DNA of 64,000 nucleotides from assembly GCA_030390025.1 (NCBI GenBank), contig CM059432.1, positions 85,190,001-85,254,000 on the forward strand, written 5' to 3'. This DNA is from Squalus acanthias (lineage: Eukaryota). How positions within the stretch are numbered: position 1 is the stretch's first letter; each line of letters starts with the position of its first letter. Shown here in pieces: positions 38,977 through 50,369 of this stretch. The position numbers and the translations under genes were made by a program. The notes under the pieces are model-generated. The model had not been told where the DNA came from. It did not search any database and worked only from the letters and a program-made list of their open reading frames with translations.

Positions 38977-39651
38977 CAAGGAAATTCTCCTGAACACATG
39001 TCAGAAATTCCTCCCCTCTTTTCCCTTTACCCTGGCATTGTCCCAATCGATATTTGGGTAATTAAAGTCCCACAATATCACCGCTCTATAGCTCTTGCAT
39101 ATCTCTGCGATTTCCCTGCAGATTTGCTCCTCTACCTCCCTCTCACTATTTGGAGGCCCATAGAATACTCCCCAATAGCGTAATCATACCCTTTTTGCTC
39201 CTCAACTCTAACCAAATGGATTCTGTCCTTGTCCCCTCAAGAACTTCCTCCCTTTCCAAAAGTACAATGTCTTCCTTAATGAGCACTGCCACCCCACCTC
39301 CCTTTTTTCCTTCCCTAACTTTTCTGAACACCTTGTATCCTTGAATATTAAGTGCCCAGTTCTCACCAGTTTTAAGCCACATTTCCGTTATTGCCACAAC
39401 ATCATATTGCCACACAGCTAATTGTGCTTGTAGCTCACCAACCTTATTCACCACACTTTGTGCGTTTACGTACATGCATTCTAAACACTTTTTTGAATTT
39501 TTCGTAGTCTTTCTTAGTCTGCTCCTATCTGATATGGTACTACTACCGCCTCCAGTACTATCTTCTCTAGTATTATTCAACACACTCACTCTTTTATGCA
39601 CCTGATTCCTCTTTTCTATTCCTATATGCTGGTGCCCATCCCCCTGCCAAG

Positions 39652-40602
39652 CTAGTTTAAACCCTCCCCAACAGCACTAACAAACCTCCCCGTGAGAATA
39701 TTGGTCCCGGCTCTGTTGAGGTGTAACCCGTCCGGCTTGTACAGGTCCCACCTTCCCCAGAAATGGTCCCAATGCCTCAGGAATCTAAAGCCCTCCCTCC
39801 TGCACCATCTCTCCAGCCACGCATTCATCTGTTCTATCCTCCTATTTCTGTACTCACTATCACGTGGCACCGGGAGTAATCCGGAGATTACTACCTTTGA
39901 AGTCCTGCTTTTTAATCTCTCTCCTAGCTCCCTAAACTCTGCCTGCAGGACCTCATCCCTCTTTCTGCCAATGTCATTGGTACCGATATGGACAACGACC
40001 TCTGGCTGTTCACCCTCCCCCCTCAGAGTGTCCTGCAGCCGCTCAGTGACATCCTTGACCCTGGCACTAGGGAGGCAACATACCATCGTGGAGTCACGTC
40101 TGTGGCCGCAGAAACTCCTGTCTGCTCCCCTAACTATTGAATCCCCTACCACTATTGCTCTTGCACTCTTTTTCCTCCTCCCCTGTGCATCTGAGCCACC
40201 CGTGGTGCCGTGGTCTTGACTTTGGCTGCACTCTCCAGAGGAACCATCGCCCTCACCAGTACTCAGAACAGAATACTGGTTGGAGAGCGCGATGCACTCC
40301 AGGGACTCCTGCACTACCTGCCAGGTCCTCCTCTTCTGACTGGCGGTCACCCATTCCCCCTCTGCCTGCATACTTTTAAGCTGCGGGGTGACCACCTCTA
40401 GAAACGTGCTATCCACGTAACTCTCCACCTCGCAGATGCACCGCAGTGACTCCAGACGCCGCTCAAGCTCCGAAACCCGGAGCTCGTGTTGCAGTAGCTG
40501 GCAACACTTCCCGCACATGTGGTTATCCAGGCTACGTGAAGCGTCTAGGACTTCCCACATAGCACAGGATGTGCACTCCATGGAACTGAGCTGCCCTGCC
40601 AT
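39652..40602 (-). CDS. CR1 ORF1 protein (zinc finger/leucine zipper plus SGNH esterase), uninterrupted, 316 aa
   Basis: CTSCAMW..HMCGKC, VVGDSIVRG, HIGTND and DGLHLN. Confidence 0.85.
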   Translation of the reverse strand: MAGQLSSMECTSCAMWEVLDASRSLDNHMCGKCCQLLQHELRVSELERRLESLRCICEVESYVDSTFLEVVTPQLKSMQAEGEWVTASQKRRTWQVVQESLECIALSNQYSVLSTGEGDGSSGECSQSQDHGTTGGSDAQGRRKKSARAIVVGDSIVRGADRSFCGHRRDSTMVCCLPSARVKDVTERLQDTLRGEGEQPEVVVHIGTNDIGRKRDEVLQAEFRELGERLKSRTSKVVISGLLPVPRDSEYRNRRIEQMNAWLERWCRREGFRFLRHWDHFWGRWDLYKPDGLHLNRAGTNILTGRFVSAVGEGLN

Positions 40603-40789
40603 GCCTCTATTTAATAGACTAAGAACTAACCCAGCAGAAATAAACTTAAAACTTCACAAAAAACACTCCCCAGTTACTCACCAATCAGCTCCTTCCCTTG
40701 TGCCAATGTCACTTTTTTTACTCTGACGTCACTTTTTCAAAAACTGCCTCTGTTGAGTTGCTGCCACTCCTTTTAACTGCTCCACTCTC

Positions 40790-43240
40790 GCTGTGCTCCC
40801 TTCAGGTCCGCTCCTTACGGTCTCCCGTGGCGAGCGGGCAAGTTGAAAACATTGCTGATGATGACAGTATGCTCACACCTAATCCTCCTTCTCACATCCC
40901 ACTTACCCCTCAACCCACAATCTCTTCTCACTTACAAGCTGCTGATGGTGTATGCATGGATATCTTGCTTTTGCCCCTTCCCCTCACCACAACCCGACCC
41001 TTGTGCCTTTCTCCTTTCAGATACCCAAGAAATCCCACCAACACAGCCAGTCCCCGAAGTGATGGAGCAGGAGAGTGAAGGAAGAGGCACCATCACTGCA
41101 TCTGACACTCAGAAAATGGCACTGCGCGGACTTTAGAGGGTAGCATAGGGGCGGAATCTGCATGTGGTGAGTCACCGGGCATGAGTGGGCTGCAGCGAGG
41201 CCAGGGGAAAGGGTAGCTCGGGTGCTAGCTCCCCGGAGGGCAAGTTCGTGTGCAAATTTTGCTGCTCAGGAATCAGATGATGACCTCAATGGGGCGGCCT
41301 TTAGAAGAAGGGTGATGGTCATGCACACAGAAATGCTTGGTGCAATGGCAAGCCTACCAGAGAGCCTCTTGTCAGTGTCAAGGATGAGTCCGGCTCCAAC
41401 ATGGCACGAGGCATTGCACAGAGTTTAGAGCCCATGATTTCCAGGATGGAAATGATGGGTGACTCCACGAGAGACCTTGGGGACCCAACCATGATGCAGT
41501 ATGTGATGGGCGATGTCACAGCTTCCATTGCAGCACAGGCGGAAGCGACCCAACATCTTAGTGCTGCAGTGGAAGCTCAGACTGCTGCCATCGTGGCTGG
41601 GTTTACGAGTGGGAAAAGGGGCTTGCGGTGTCTCACAGCACTGAGACGTCACCCTGGGGATTGGCAGAGGCTCTGTGGAGCAAAAACCGGCTGTCCTCTC
41701 TCAGGATGACAGCATTCGTACTGCCACTCTGCCAGTGCCCTTGCTGCTGCCTATCATGCAGCCAGCCTAAACTGCTGCCGCCGAAGCTGAGGTGGTGCAG
41801 TCTACAGCCAGGTCTTCTATGCCCAGAGCAGCATGCAAGGCCATCTGTAGTCTCCCCCACTGAAAGTCAGCAGCCTTCCACCAGCCATGTGGCAGCACTG
41901 CGTAGGAACACTAGAGTAGGAAAAGGAACACGAAAGACAAACACTAAGGGAATGCACAAGGGTGGTTAGTTGACGCGTTTTTTGGTTTGGATTGGATAAA
42001 TTTATAAATTATGTTTGGAATGTTTATTTTGTGGTTGATCTCATTTCAGCTTTGTGCCCAGGAGGATGCTGTGATGTTCCGTGACAGAGGGATGGTAAGA
42101 TGGGGATGTATTAAGCAACGGGGATCTGGGGTTTCGTTCATTGGAACCGGAGTCTGATGAGGCGCTCAGAGACAGCCCGTCCGGAACGGGGATCTGCTGC
42201 CTGTCTCCTCTCTTCCTCCTCCACAGTGTCAGCTGTGGCTCAGTTGGTAGCACCCTCGCCTCCGAGTCAGAAGTTGTGGGTTCATAGTCCCACTCCAGAG
42301 ACTTGAGCACAAAAATGTAGGCTGACACTCCAATGCAATGTTGCGGGAGTGCTGCACTGTTGGAAGTGCTGTCTTTCAGATGAGATGTTAAACCAAGGTG
42401 TCTGCTCTCTCAGGTGGACGTAAAAGATCTTATGGCACTATTTCGAAGAACAGGGGCGGTACCCTGCCTAATATTTATCTCCCGACCAACATCACTGTAA
42501 CAGATTATTTGATCACTATCACATTGCTGTTTATGAGAGCTTGCTGTGCGCAAATTGGCTGCCGCATTTCCTACATTACACCAGTGACTGCACTTATTTC
42601 ATTGTCTATAAAGTGTTTTGGGACATCCGGTGATTGTGAAAGGCGCTATATAAATGCAAGGCTTTCTTTATCTTTTCTTTTTTCCTCCTGAGGTGGTCCC
42701 GGAACCCGTGGTGGCAAGGGCTGCGCCCTCATGATGGCCAAGTTGTGGAGCATGCAGCAGACCACCACGAAATGGGACACCCGCTCCGGAGTGTCCTGGA
42801 GGGCTCCTCCCGAGTGGTCAAGGCAGTGGAACCATTGCATTAACACCCCGATGGTCTGCTCAATGAGGTTTCTCGTGGCAGTATGGCTCTCATTATATAT
42901 TGCTGGCCACGAGTGGTGGGGCTGCAGAGGGGTGTCATCGGCCAGGTGTAGAGCGGATAGCCCTTGTCCGAGTAGCCACCCTTGGGTTTGACGTGGTGGC
43001 TGGAAGATTGCTGGCACACCGGACTGGCGCATGACTGCTGCCAGGATACTGGACACTCACCATCATGATGTGCTGGGCATGGTCGCACACCAACTGCACA
43101 TTAAGAGAGTGGTAGCTTTTGCGGTTATGGAACATCTCAGGATTGGTATGCGACACCTGTGTGCAGTCGATGGCGCCCTGCACCATGGCGAAGCCTGATA
43201 TCCTGAAAAAGCCACATGCGCGAACCTCCTACTCCTCTCT
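40790..43240. mobile_element. Decayed Harbinger: Myb gene 3' part (+, ~41020-41970) convergent with transposase (-, ~42090-43240)
   Basis: VQGAIDCT, TRNLIEQTIGVL and VVVCCMLHNLAI; ~41150-41900 is homologous to exon 3 of the Myb gene at 1-894. Confidence 0.8.
42221..42680 (+). mobile_element. Full-length tRNA-headed DeuSINE (SacSINE1-like)
   Basis: A-box TGGCTCAGTTGG, B-box-like GGTTCATAGTCC, Deu-domain-like GGTGGACGTAAAAGATC..ATGGCACTATT, tail GCGCTATATAAATGCAAG, TSD TTCCTCCT. Confidence 0.85.
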
Positions 43241-43349
43241 GTTCAGAGCAGCAAAATTATGCCACAGAACTATAGTGGTATGTGTGTTGGCCTCTGATTT
43301 TCTGTAGTCAATCTTTCATGGCAGAAAAGTCCCCCCCCCCCGCCTATGC

Positions 43350-43830
43350 TGATAACTCACCCATTGCTGCCAAACCCTAGGCTTCCATCACAGTGCTGCC
43401 AAACTCCAGTGCTCCCACCCCAAGTCGTAACAAATCCCAAGATCCCTACTCTAGTGCTATCAAACCCCAAGGCAACTACCTCACTACTGCCACATTCCAA
43501 GAATCTCCCCACCACAGTACTTCGAATCTCAAGGATCCAAAACTCAGTTCTGCCAAATCCTATGATAATTTCCCAGTGCTACCAAAGTCCAGGATTGGCA
43601 GCAAAGCTATCCAGACTCAGGGCCTCCTACCTGTACTACGAAACACCAGGAACTGCCGCCCCCAACCCCACCTAAATGTTCCAAACATTAAATTTCTCCG
43701 CCAGTGCTGCTAAACTTCTGGACCCCACCCCAGTTCTATCGAAAGCCTGGACCACTGCCACTGCAACCAAAGCCTGGATTCTCTTCCCAACACTGCTAAA
43801 TTCCACAACCACCCCTCACCAGTACTGCTA
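43350..43830. repeat. Degenerate ~30-35 bp tandem repeat (CCAGTGCTGCCAAA-like core)
   Basis: Recurrent CAGT(G/A)CT(G/A)C(C/T)AAA motif. Confidence 0.5.
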
Positions 43831-43849
43831 AATACCAGTCATCCATCTC

Positions 43850-45000
43850 CATTTTGCTCTGTATTCTATGTTAAAAAAGGTAAGAGACAAAAATTGCATG
43901 GACAGATTATCATGATTGATTATCATAGTAATTATCATGATCAAGGCCACTGATTTAGTTTTCACTGAAAATCGATGGAACCAAGAAATTCAATGCCCAA
44001 AGCACTGGTAAAAATTCCTGCATGCTAAGCAGCAAAACACAATTTGATTTATTCAGTCACCATGAAACAGTAGCCCTTTTAATATTACATTTTAATATTA
44101 CAGAGATCTGCTAGTATATATATTAAAAACAGCAACAGTCCCAAACGTGTGTACTCTCTTTCCAGTTTGAACAGTTTCTATATTTGGCTACTCTCTGTTT
44201 CCTGTTTTGAAGCCAATCTTCTATTCAGCACCAGACATTACTTTCTACTCTATAACTCCCTACCTTAGTAATTAATCATTGATCTGGAGCCTTGTCAAAA
44301 ACTTTCCGAAATTCCAAATACGTAAGTGCCTTTCTCCTATGCACCAGGTCAGTGATATCTTAAAAAAAACCCCGTAAGGTTAGTTGTATTGGACCTCTCT
44401 TTCCCGAAACCATGCTGAGTGTACTTTATCATGTTCCAATCATCAGGAACCTGTCAGGTTTAGCGATCTATCAAAAATGTCAGTTAAATCTTCACTCCTT
44501 TCAGTCCTTATCTCCTTTAAGATTCATGGGTACAAGTTGTGTGGACCAGGTACTTTTGCCTATTTTAAGAATATCTAACTTTTTAGAACCATATCCTTTG
44601 TTATTTCCATACTGTCTAGCTCTTTCTCTGCTTGTCCTGGAAAACTGAATTCTGACTTTTAGAAAATTCCCCTTCTCTTCCTCCAAATTTAGATGTGAAG
44701 TAAATACTTAATTAATCTGCCATTCTTTGTCCCCCCAGGTTTGAGCTTTCCTTTTTCCTTTCACCCTTTGCTTACAGAAAAAATATTTGAAAAACCCTTT
44801 ATTGCTGAGATGTTCACAGCACTACTATATTCCATCTTTCTACTTGCTTCTTTTTACTTTTCTCAGCTGCTTTTATTCCTCGTTATAATTCACCTAATCC
44901 TCTTAGCTACTAGATTTGTGCTTTATAAATCTTTCTGCTTATCCCCAATGCTATTCTTAATATTCCTACTTAACCACATTGCCTTGCTTGCCCCTTAATC
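43850..45000 (-). mobile_element. Old, heavily decayed CR1 fragment
   Basis: Traces of CR1 RT motifs on the minus strand (QHGF, DF.K.FDK). Confidence 0.55.
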
Positions 45001-45156
45001 TGCTTTGATTTGAATGAATTTTACTTGTAACCTCATCATATTTTCCTAAATACATCCTGATTTTCTACTGCAGGCGCTACAACCATTAATTATTGTGTTA
45101 CAATAGTGTTTTTCAGACAAACTTATATTGCATTACCTCAAAGTCAGTTGTTTCAA

Positions 45157-45631
45157 AGAAGAAAAAAAGACTTGCATTTATATAGCGCCTTTCACAACCA
45201 CCGGATGTCTCAAAGCGCTTTACAACCAATGAAGTACTTTTTGAAATGGAGTCACTGTTGTAATGTGGGAGATGCGGCAGCCAATTTACGCCCAGCAAGG
45301 TCCCACAAACATAAATTTGATAATGACCAGATGATCTGTTTTTATTATGTTGGTTGAGGGATACATATTGGCCAGGACACCGGGGATAACTCCCCTACTC
45401 GTCTTCGAAATAGTGCCATGGGGTCTTTTACGTCCACCTGAGAGAGCAGACAGGCCTCAGTTTAATGTCTCATCCGAAAGACGGCACCTCCAACAGTGCA
45501 GCACTCCCTCAGCACTGCAGTGGAGTGTCAGCCTAGCTTTATATTCTCAAGTCCCTGGAGTGGGACTATGAACCCACAACCTTCTGACTTAGAGGCGAGT
45601 GTGCTACCCACTGAGCCACAGCTGACACTGT
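45157..45631 (-). mobile_element. Full-length DeuSINE (SacSINE1-like)
   Basis: Reverse complement aligns with 42221-42680 from head to tail. Confidence 0.85.
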
Positions 45632-45759
45632 AAAGGCTAATATTTAATATTGCTTTCCTTTTGCATACCATCATGAACATTATATTTCTATGGCATGATG
45701 ATCTCTGAATCCTAGATGATCCCATTATGTACCCAACTCTTTACTAAAGATTAGATTAT

Positions 45760-46168
45760 TTAAATGCACTCCTTGCTGGCCTCCCATCATCCACCCTCCA
45801 TAAACTCCAGCTCGCCCAAAAATCTTCTACTCGTATCCTATCCTGCGCTAAGTGTTGCTCACGTGCACTCCCATTGTTACTGACCTACATTAGCCTCTGG
45901 TTCTTCAATGCCCCCAAATTTAAAATTCTTGTCCTTGTGCTTAAATCTCTCCATGGTCTTGCCCCCTTCCATCACTGTAACCGCCTCCAGCCCTACAACC
46001 CCCTCCCTCAGAACTCTCTGTTCCTTTGACTCTGGCCTCTTGCACATTCCCCCAATCCCTTCACCCCCACTATTGGCAGACGTGTCTTCAGCTGCCTAAA
46101 TCTCAGTCGCTGGAGCTCCCTTTGTAAACTCCTGTCTCAGCAGCTCCTTTAAGACACTTCTTAAAATC
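45760..46168 (+). mobile_element. L2 LINE 3' fragment
   Basis: Decayed NALLAGLP..TL.KL and FKILVL match the L2 at 53970-54938. Confidence 0.7.
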
Positions 46169-46729
46169 CACGGGCTAGATTTTAGTCTGGGCCTGTTTAT
46201 GGCAGTAGCCTTTGGTAAGTCCCGTAAGGGGGATCTGGAGCATGCTACGCTGGGGGGAGGGGGGTTGAATGGTGACTGCTGTGGAGTCAGAGCAACAGTC
46301 CTGCTCCAGCCCACGCCGAGAGGCTGCAGTTTGCAGCTGGGCCCTCTAGGCCCAGAACGGCTCAGGATCACCTAGCATGGCCATCTGAAATGTTCTAAAT
46401 GCAACAGCCTTCCACCTCCCAAGTCGTAGAAGCACGAGGATAGGCAAACCTACACAGAACACAGGCACTAAGAGCCTGCTCAAGGGTGATTCATAATTAT
46501 TTCTGTAACTGTTAGATCGATAGAATTGAGTTAAGTTGGTTGATAAATCTGATTTTGTTCTGGATTTGGTGTTGCTGTTTATATTTGTAGTGAAGTGAGG
46601 GCAAGACCCATAAGACTGGACTGAAAGAAGGCATGCCAATATCAGAAAAAGGTACTATAACAAGTATACAATCCTAACTTGAATATTTTATCCATGATGG
46701 ATGCCTTTTGGAACAGCCAGATCCAATAT

Positions 46730-47260
46730 GGTGGATTGCGCGCGCGCGCCTCGGCCGCCAGATTAGACGCTTGGGCGCCTGTTTTGCGCCTTAAAAACAG
46801 GCCCAGCGCTGTCGAATTTCTATCGTCGGTGCGGGTGTTTATTTTTGTAGCGTTCAATCACAACCCGCTGTCTTCTTGTCTTGTCTCGGTTGAGTCGGCA
46901 TATGCCGTCAAGCTATACTCGGCCAACTTTGTACCGCTGCTGTCCACAGACAAAACAAATGTCCTCCCTCTCTCGCTCTCTGATTAAAGACAAGGAACAA
47001 GCGGACGATGTCTTCGCATATTGTCAATGCGACCGTTACAAAACCGATCCAGCCGCGGGGTGGGGGTGGGGGGGCGCGGGTGCGGCGCACGCTGACAGCA
47101 CGCGGCTGCCGCGGTGGCCGTTTCACGACGTTGACGTGGGCCCGCCCGTGCGGCGGACGGTGAGAAGCGCACGTCAGTCAGGAGGCGGCGTCCGCCCTGA
47201 CGTTCTTCTCCACATCATTGCTTGCCGAGAGGATAACGCTGAATGAAAGTGACTGGCCAG
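46730..47260. promoter_or_regulatory. CpG-rich putative KCNB2 promoter / 5' region
   Basis: Unique CpG-dense sequence with a GC box (GGGGCGCGGG) and CRE-like TGACGT/ACGTCA sites just upstream of the coding exon; the TSS cannot be determined. Confidence 0.6.
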
Positions 47261-47492
47261 CCGAGATTAATGCACACCAGCCACTCGCATGTTGTTTTCC
47301 TTGCAGCTTCCACAATGGAAGGAGCTGTGTGAAGGGATCACCCTGTACGGGTTTCATTTTTAAAGTGTTCTAAATATTATTAATTTATTATTTTATATTT
47401 ATTCAACCCGGAATAGCTGATTTAATGTTGTTATATTTATTATTGTTACTCTTAAAAAAACAAATCACTGATTTGCTGTAGTCGATCTGCCC

Positions 47493-48071
47493 ATGGCTGA
47501 AAAGATCCCAACGGGAATGGCTAAGAAAGCATCCCGATCCACAACCTCCCTTCCCCCGGAGCCCATGGAGATCATCAGGAGCAAGGCTTGTTCCAGAAGG
47601 GTAAAAATCAACGTTGGGGGACTTAACCACGAAGTCTTGTGGAGGACATTGGAAAGGTTACCCCGGACTCGTTTGGGGAAACTGAGGGATTGCAACACTC
47701 ACGAATCCCTGTTGGAGACCTGCGATGATTATAACCTCGATGAAAACGAGTACTTTTTTGATCGCCACCCGGGGGCTTTCACGTCAATTTTGAATTTCTA
47801 CCGCACTGGGAAATTGCACATGATGGAAGAGATGTGCGCGCTCTCCTTCGGCCAGGAACTCGATTACTGGGGGGTTGATGAGATCTACTTGGAGTCCTGC
47901 TGCCAAGCCAGATACCACCAAAAAAAGGAGCAAATGAACGAGGAACTGAGGCGTGAAGCTGAGACCATGAGGGAGAGAGAATGCGAAGAGTTTGATAACT
48001 CGTGCTGTCCCGATAAAAGGAAGAAGTTGTGGGATCTGCTCGAAAAACCCGGCTCGTCAGTGGCCGCTAAG
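47493..48071 (+). CDS. KCNB2: Voltage-gated potassium channel Kv2.2, first coding exon (N-terminus and T1/BTB domain, 193 codons)
   Basis: MAEK...[19 protein letters not shown]...[24 protein letters not shown]...[10 protein letters not shown]...[22 protein letters not shown], then donor AAG|GTAAGG. Residues VKIN, LNHE, GKLH, FGQE and CCPDK match KCNB2 rather than KCNB1 (from recall). Confidence 0.95.
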
Positions 48072-50369
48072 GTAAGGTGCTGATGGGCTTCCCCATAAAG
48101 AGACACAGTCGGCTTGATCCTTTCACCAGCACAGACTTGCAGGCATACTCTGAATGAAATAAACCTAAATTTCAGTTTACACTTTTAATTGAGTCACTAT
48201 TAAAAATGTAAAATCATTGGAGTTTTAAATTGTTAAATTTCTGAACCATTTGCCATTGCGTATTAACCAAGTCGTCAGTTCAAACGAATGACAGGGACAG
48301 CGCCGAAGCCTGTTGTCATGGTGATTTGACGGCTTGTAAATATTACTTGTGCTGTTTGCAATATTTAATACTTTAAATGGAGACGACGCAGACTTTTATG
48401 GGAAGGTTAGAAAAGTTAAAGTATGTCGATAGGATTCATGTGACAGTTTTGAATACTGCAAGGAACACGATATGTTTGTGTAATTGTATGGTTTACGATT
48501 CATAATCAGACCATCTGTGTTTTTCATTATCAGAGGATAAAACTTAAAACTCGAGCACAATTTCAGATTCGTTGCGGCGGTAATAACCGAATCTCTCTGG
48601 GTGGAAACAATCTATTATAATAACCTAAAGGATTGATGGAATGAGGACGAGGCGATTAAACTTGTTGGGTGTTTCATTGTGCACTTTACCATTCTAGCGC
48701 AAAACCAAATCGGTCGGTTTACGATTTGTTCGCCGTCTTCAGAAAACAGTTTTATTACCTCTCCTTAAGTGTTCCCATTGAGGAATTCCGTTTGGAGTAT
48801 TCACTGCCTGTTTATTTTGCCTTGTTTCTTGCTTCGCTAACCTCCGCCCCCGTAAAAAGAGAAACCAACACACAAGAAACCAAGGATTCTGTTCCACAAG
48901 AATGATATATTTTGGGCGATTCTTCATGAGAATATCATCTAGAATTAAAATTAGAATTTCATAATATTTAGGAATCGAATCTGGATCATTATAATAATTA
49001 AAGTACATAATTTCACACATTTTCCTATTTTGGTTTAAAGTCACACTAAGCAGATACTACTAAATGGACCAATACAATATTATTCAAATAGTCAATGATT
49101 GTTAGTTATTACAGCAATGCTAAGTACAAATGAACATTTTCTCTGTGTTCCCTAAAGTAGGCACTTGATTGCTTCCCGCCTCTTACTGAACAAAAAATGT
49201 AGAATGAATGCCTAATGAAAAAGAACCCTCAGAAGAAGTCTGGAAATAAAGGAAAGTTCCAACTAATTTGCCGCTATAGTTAAGCTCTACCTCTTCGCTT
49301 GATTTAAACAGAGCAAAATGCAAGGGGGAGGGGGCACAGGTAACACTCTCTTGGTTTGTAGTACACTCCTTTTCTTAATTTCTTCATAGACAAACTGTCA
49401 GTGACTTTCTCCATTTCTGCAATGCAATATCTCAACTCGCATTTCTCCAGCTCTGCAATGCATTGTTTCAATACCATTCTTTCATCTCTGCAACACTCTA
49501 AAGCTGTAGTTATATTGCATGAGTGTTCTGCCAACAGTAGCTGCAGAGTGCGATTCACAACTGGCAACACTCCTGTTATGTTACTTGGCTGACAATTATG
49601 TCATGGCCAACAGGAGGTAGCTCAGAGCAGTTTGCTGGCAGATTTTTAAAAATGTTTTAACAGCACAGATGGTAGCATTTGCTTTCTCAAAACACTCAAA
49701 ACAAACTGCTTAAGTTTCTATAGTGCCTAGAAGGCCCAACTTACTGCCAGAACAATCCATTTTGATACTCCATTGGAATTATACTCCATATGTGTCAAGC
49801 CCAAGTGGAAACTGTCGTGCAGTGATACAAAAATGACAGTATAACTGCACCCCAAGGCTGCAGTTATTTTGCAGCTAACAGTTCAAAATTATTATCTGTG
49901 AAGTGCATTGCACAGCCCCTAGCCCAGAGTTGTGTTGTCAGTTGTGCGTCCAGCCAGATCTCAATAAAGTCAACCATAAAGGAGCTCTGCATAAACGTTT
50001 TTTTGTGTGGATGTGCGGAGCTCTGCTCACAGGACTGCTCATTTTTAATGTTAGGAGAGCAGGTGGTGCCTTCTTTCATAACATTAAAAATATTCCTTAC
50101 AACATTTTAAAATGCAGCTTTGCACCAAGCTGGGGTTATACTGCAGCTGATGCAAACTCTAACCTGTGTGAGACAGCCTCCTGGTGGTGTCTCACACTGC
50201 TTGGCTTTAGTGTGCTCTGGTCTCAAAATGGAATCTCGTATCCAAGTTTATACTTTTGTATTGATGGTTACCCAAAACCGCTTCACATCAACATCAAACT
50301 GGCAGTATTACTGTAGCCTAGCTCACTTGATGTACCAGGAGCTTTTGTGTCAGTTCCTTAACTTTCTTC

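Larger units (their letters stand above)
35911..40745 (-). mobile_element. Near full-length CR1 LINE of a second family, 3' tail lost, with two nested inserts
   Basis: Intact ORF1 at 39652-40602; ORF2 pieces 39146-39601, 37110-38240, 36452-37066 and 35911-36331. Confidence 0.9.

Noticed and set aside
42225..42300. tRNA gene
   Set aside because: tRNA-derived SINE head that continues into the Deu domain and tail.
48072..48083. ORF-track ending VRC* suggesting a truncated Kv2 protein
   Set aside because: This is intron sequence after the AAG|GTAAGG donor; the transmembrane exon is not in this window.
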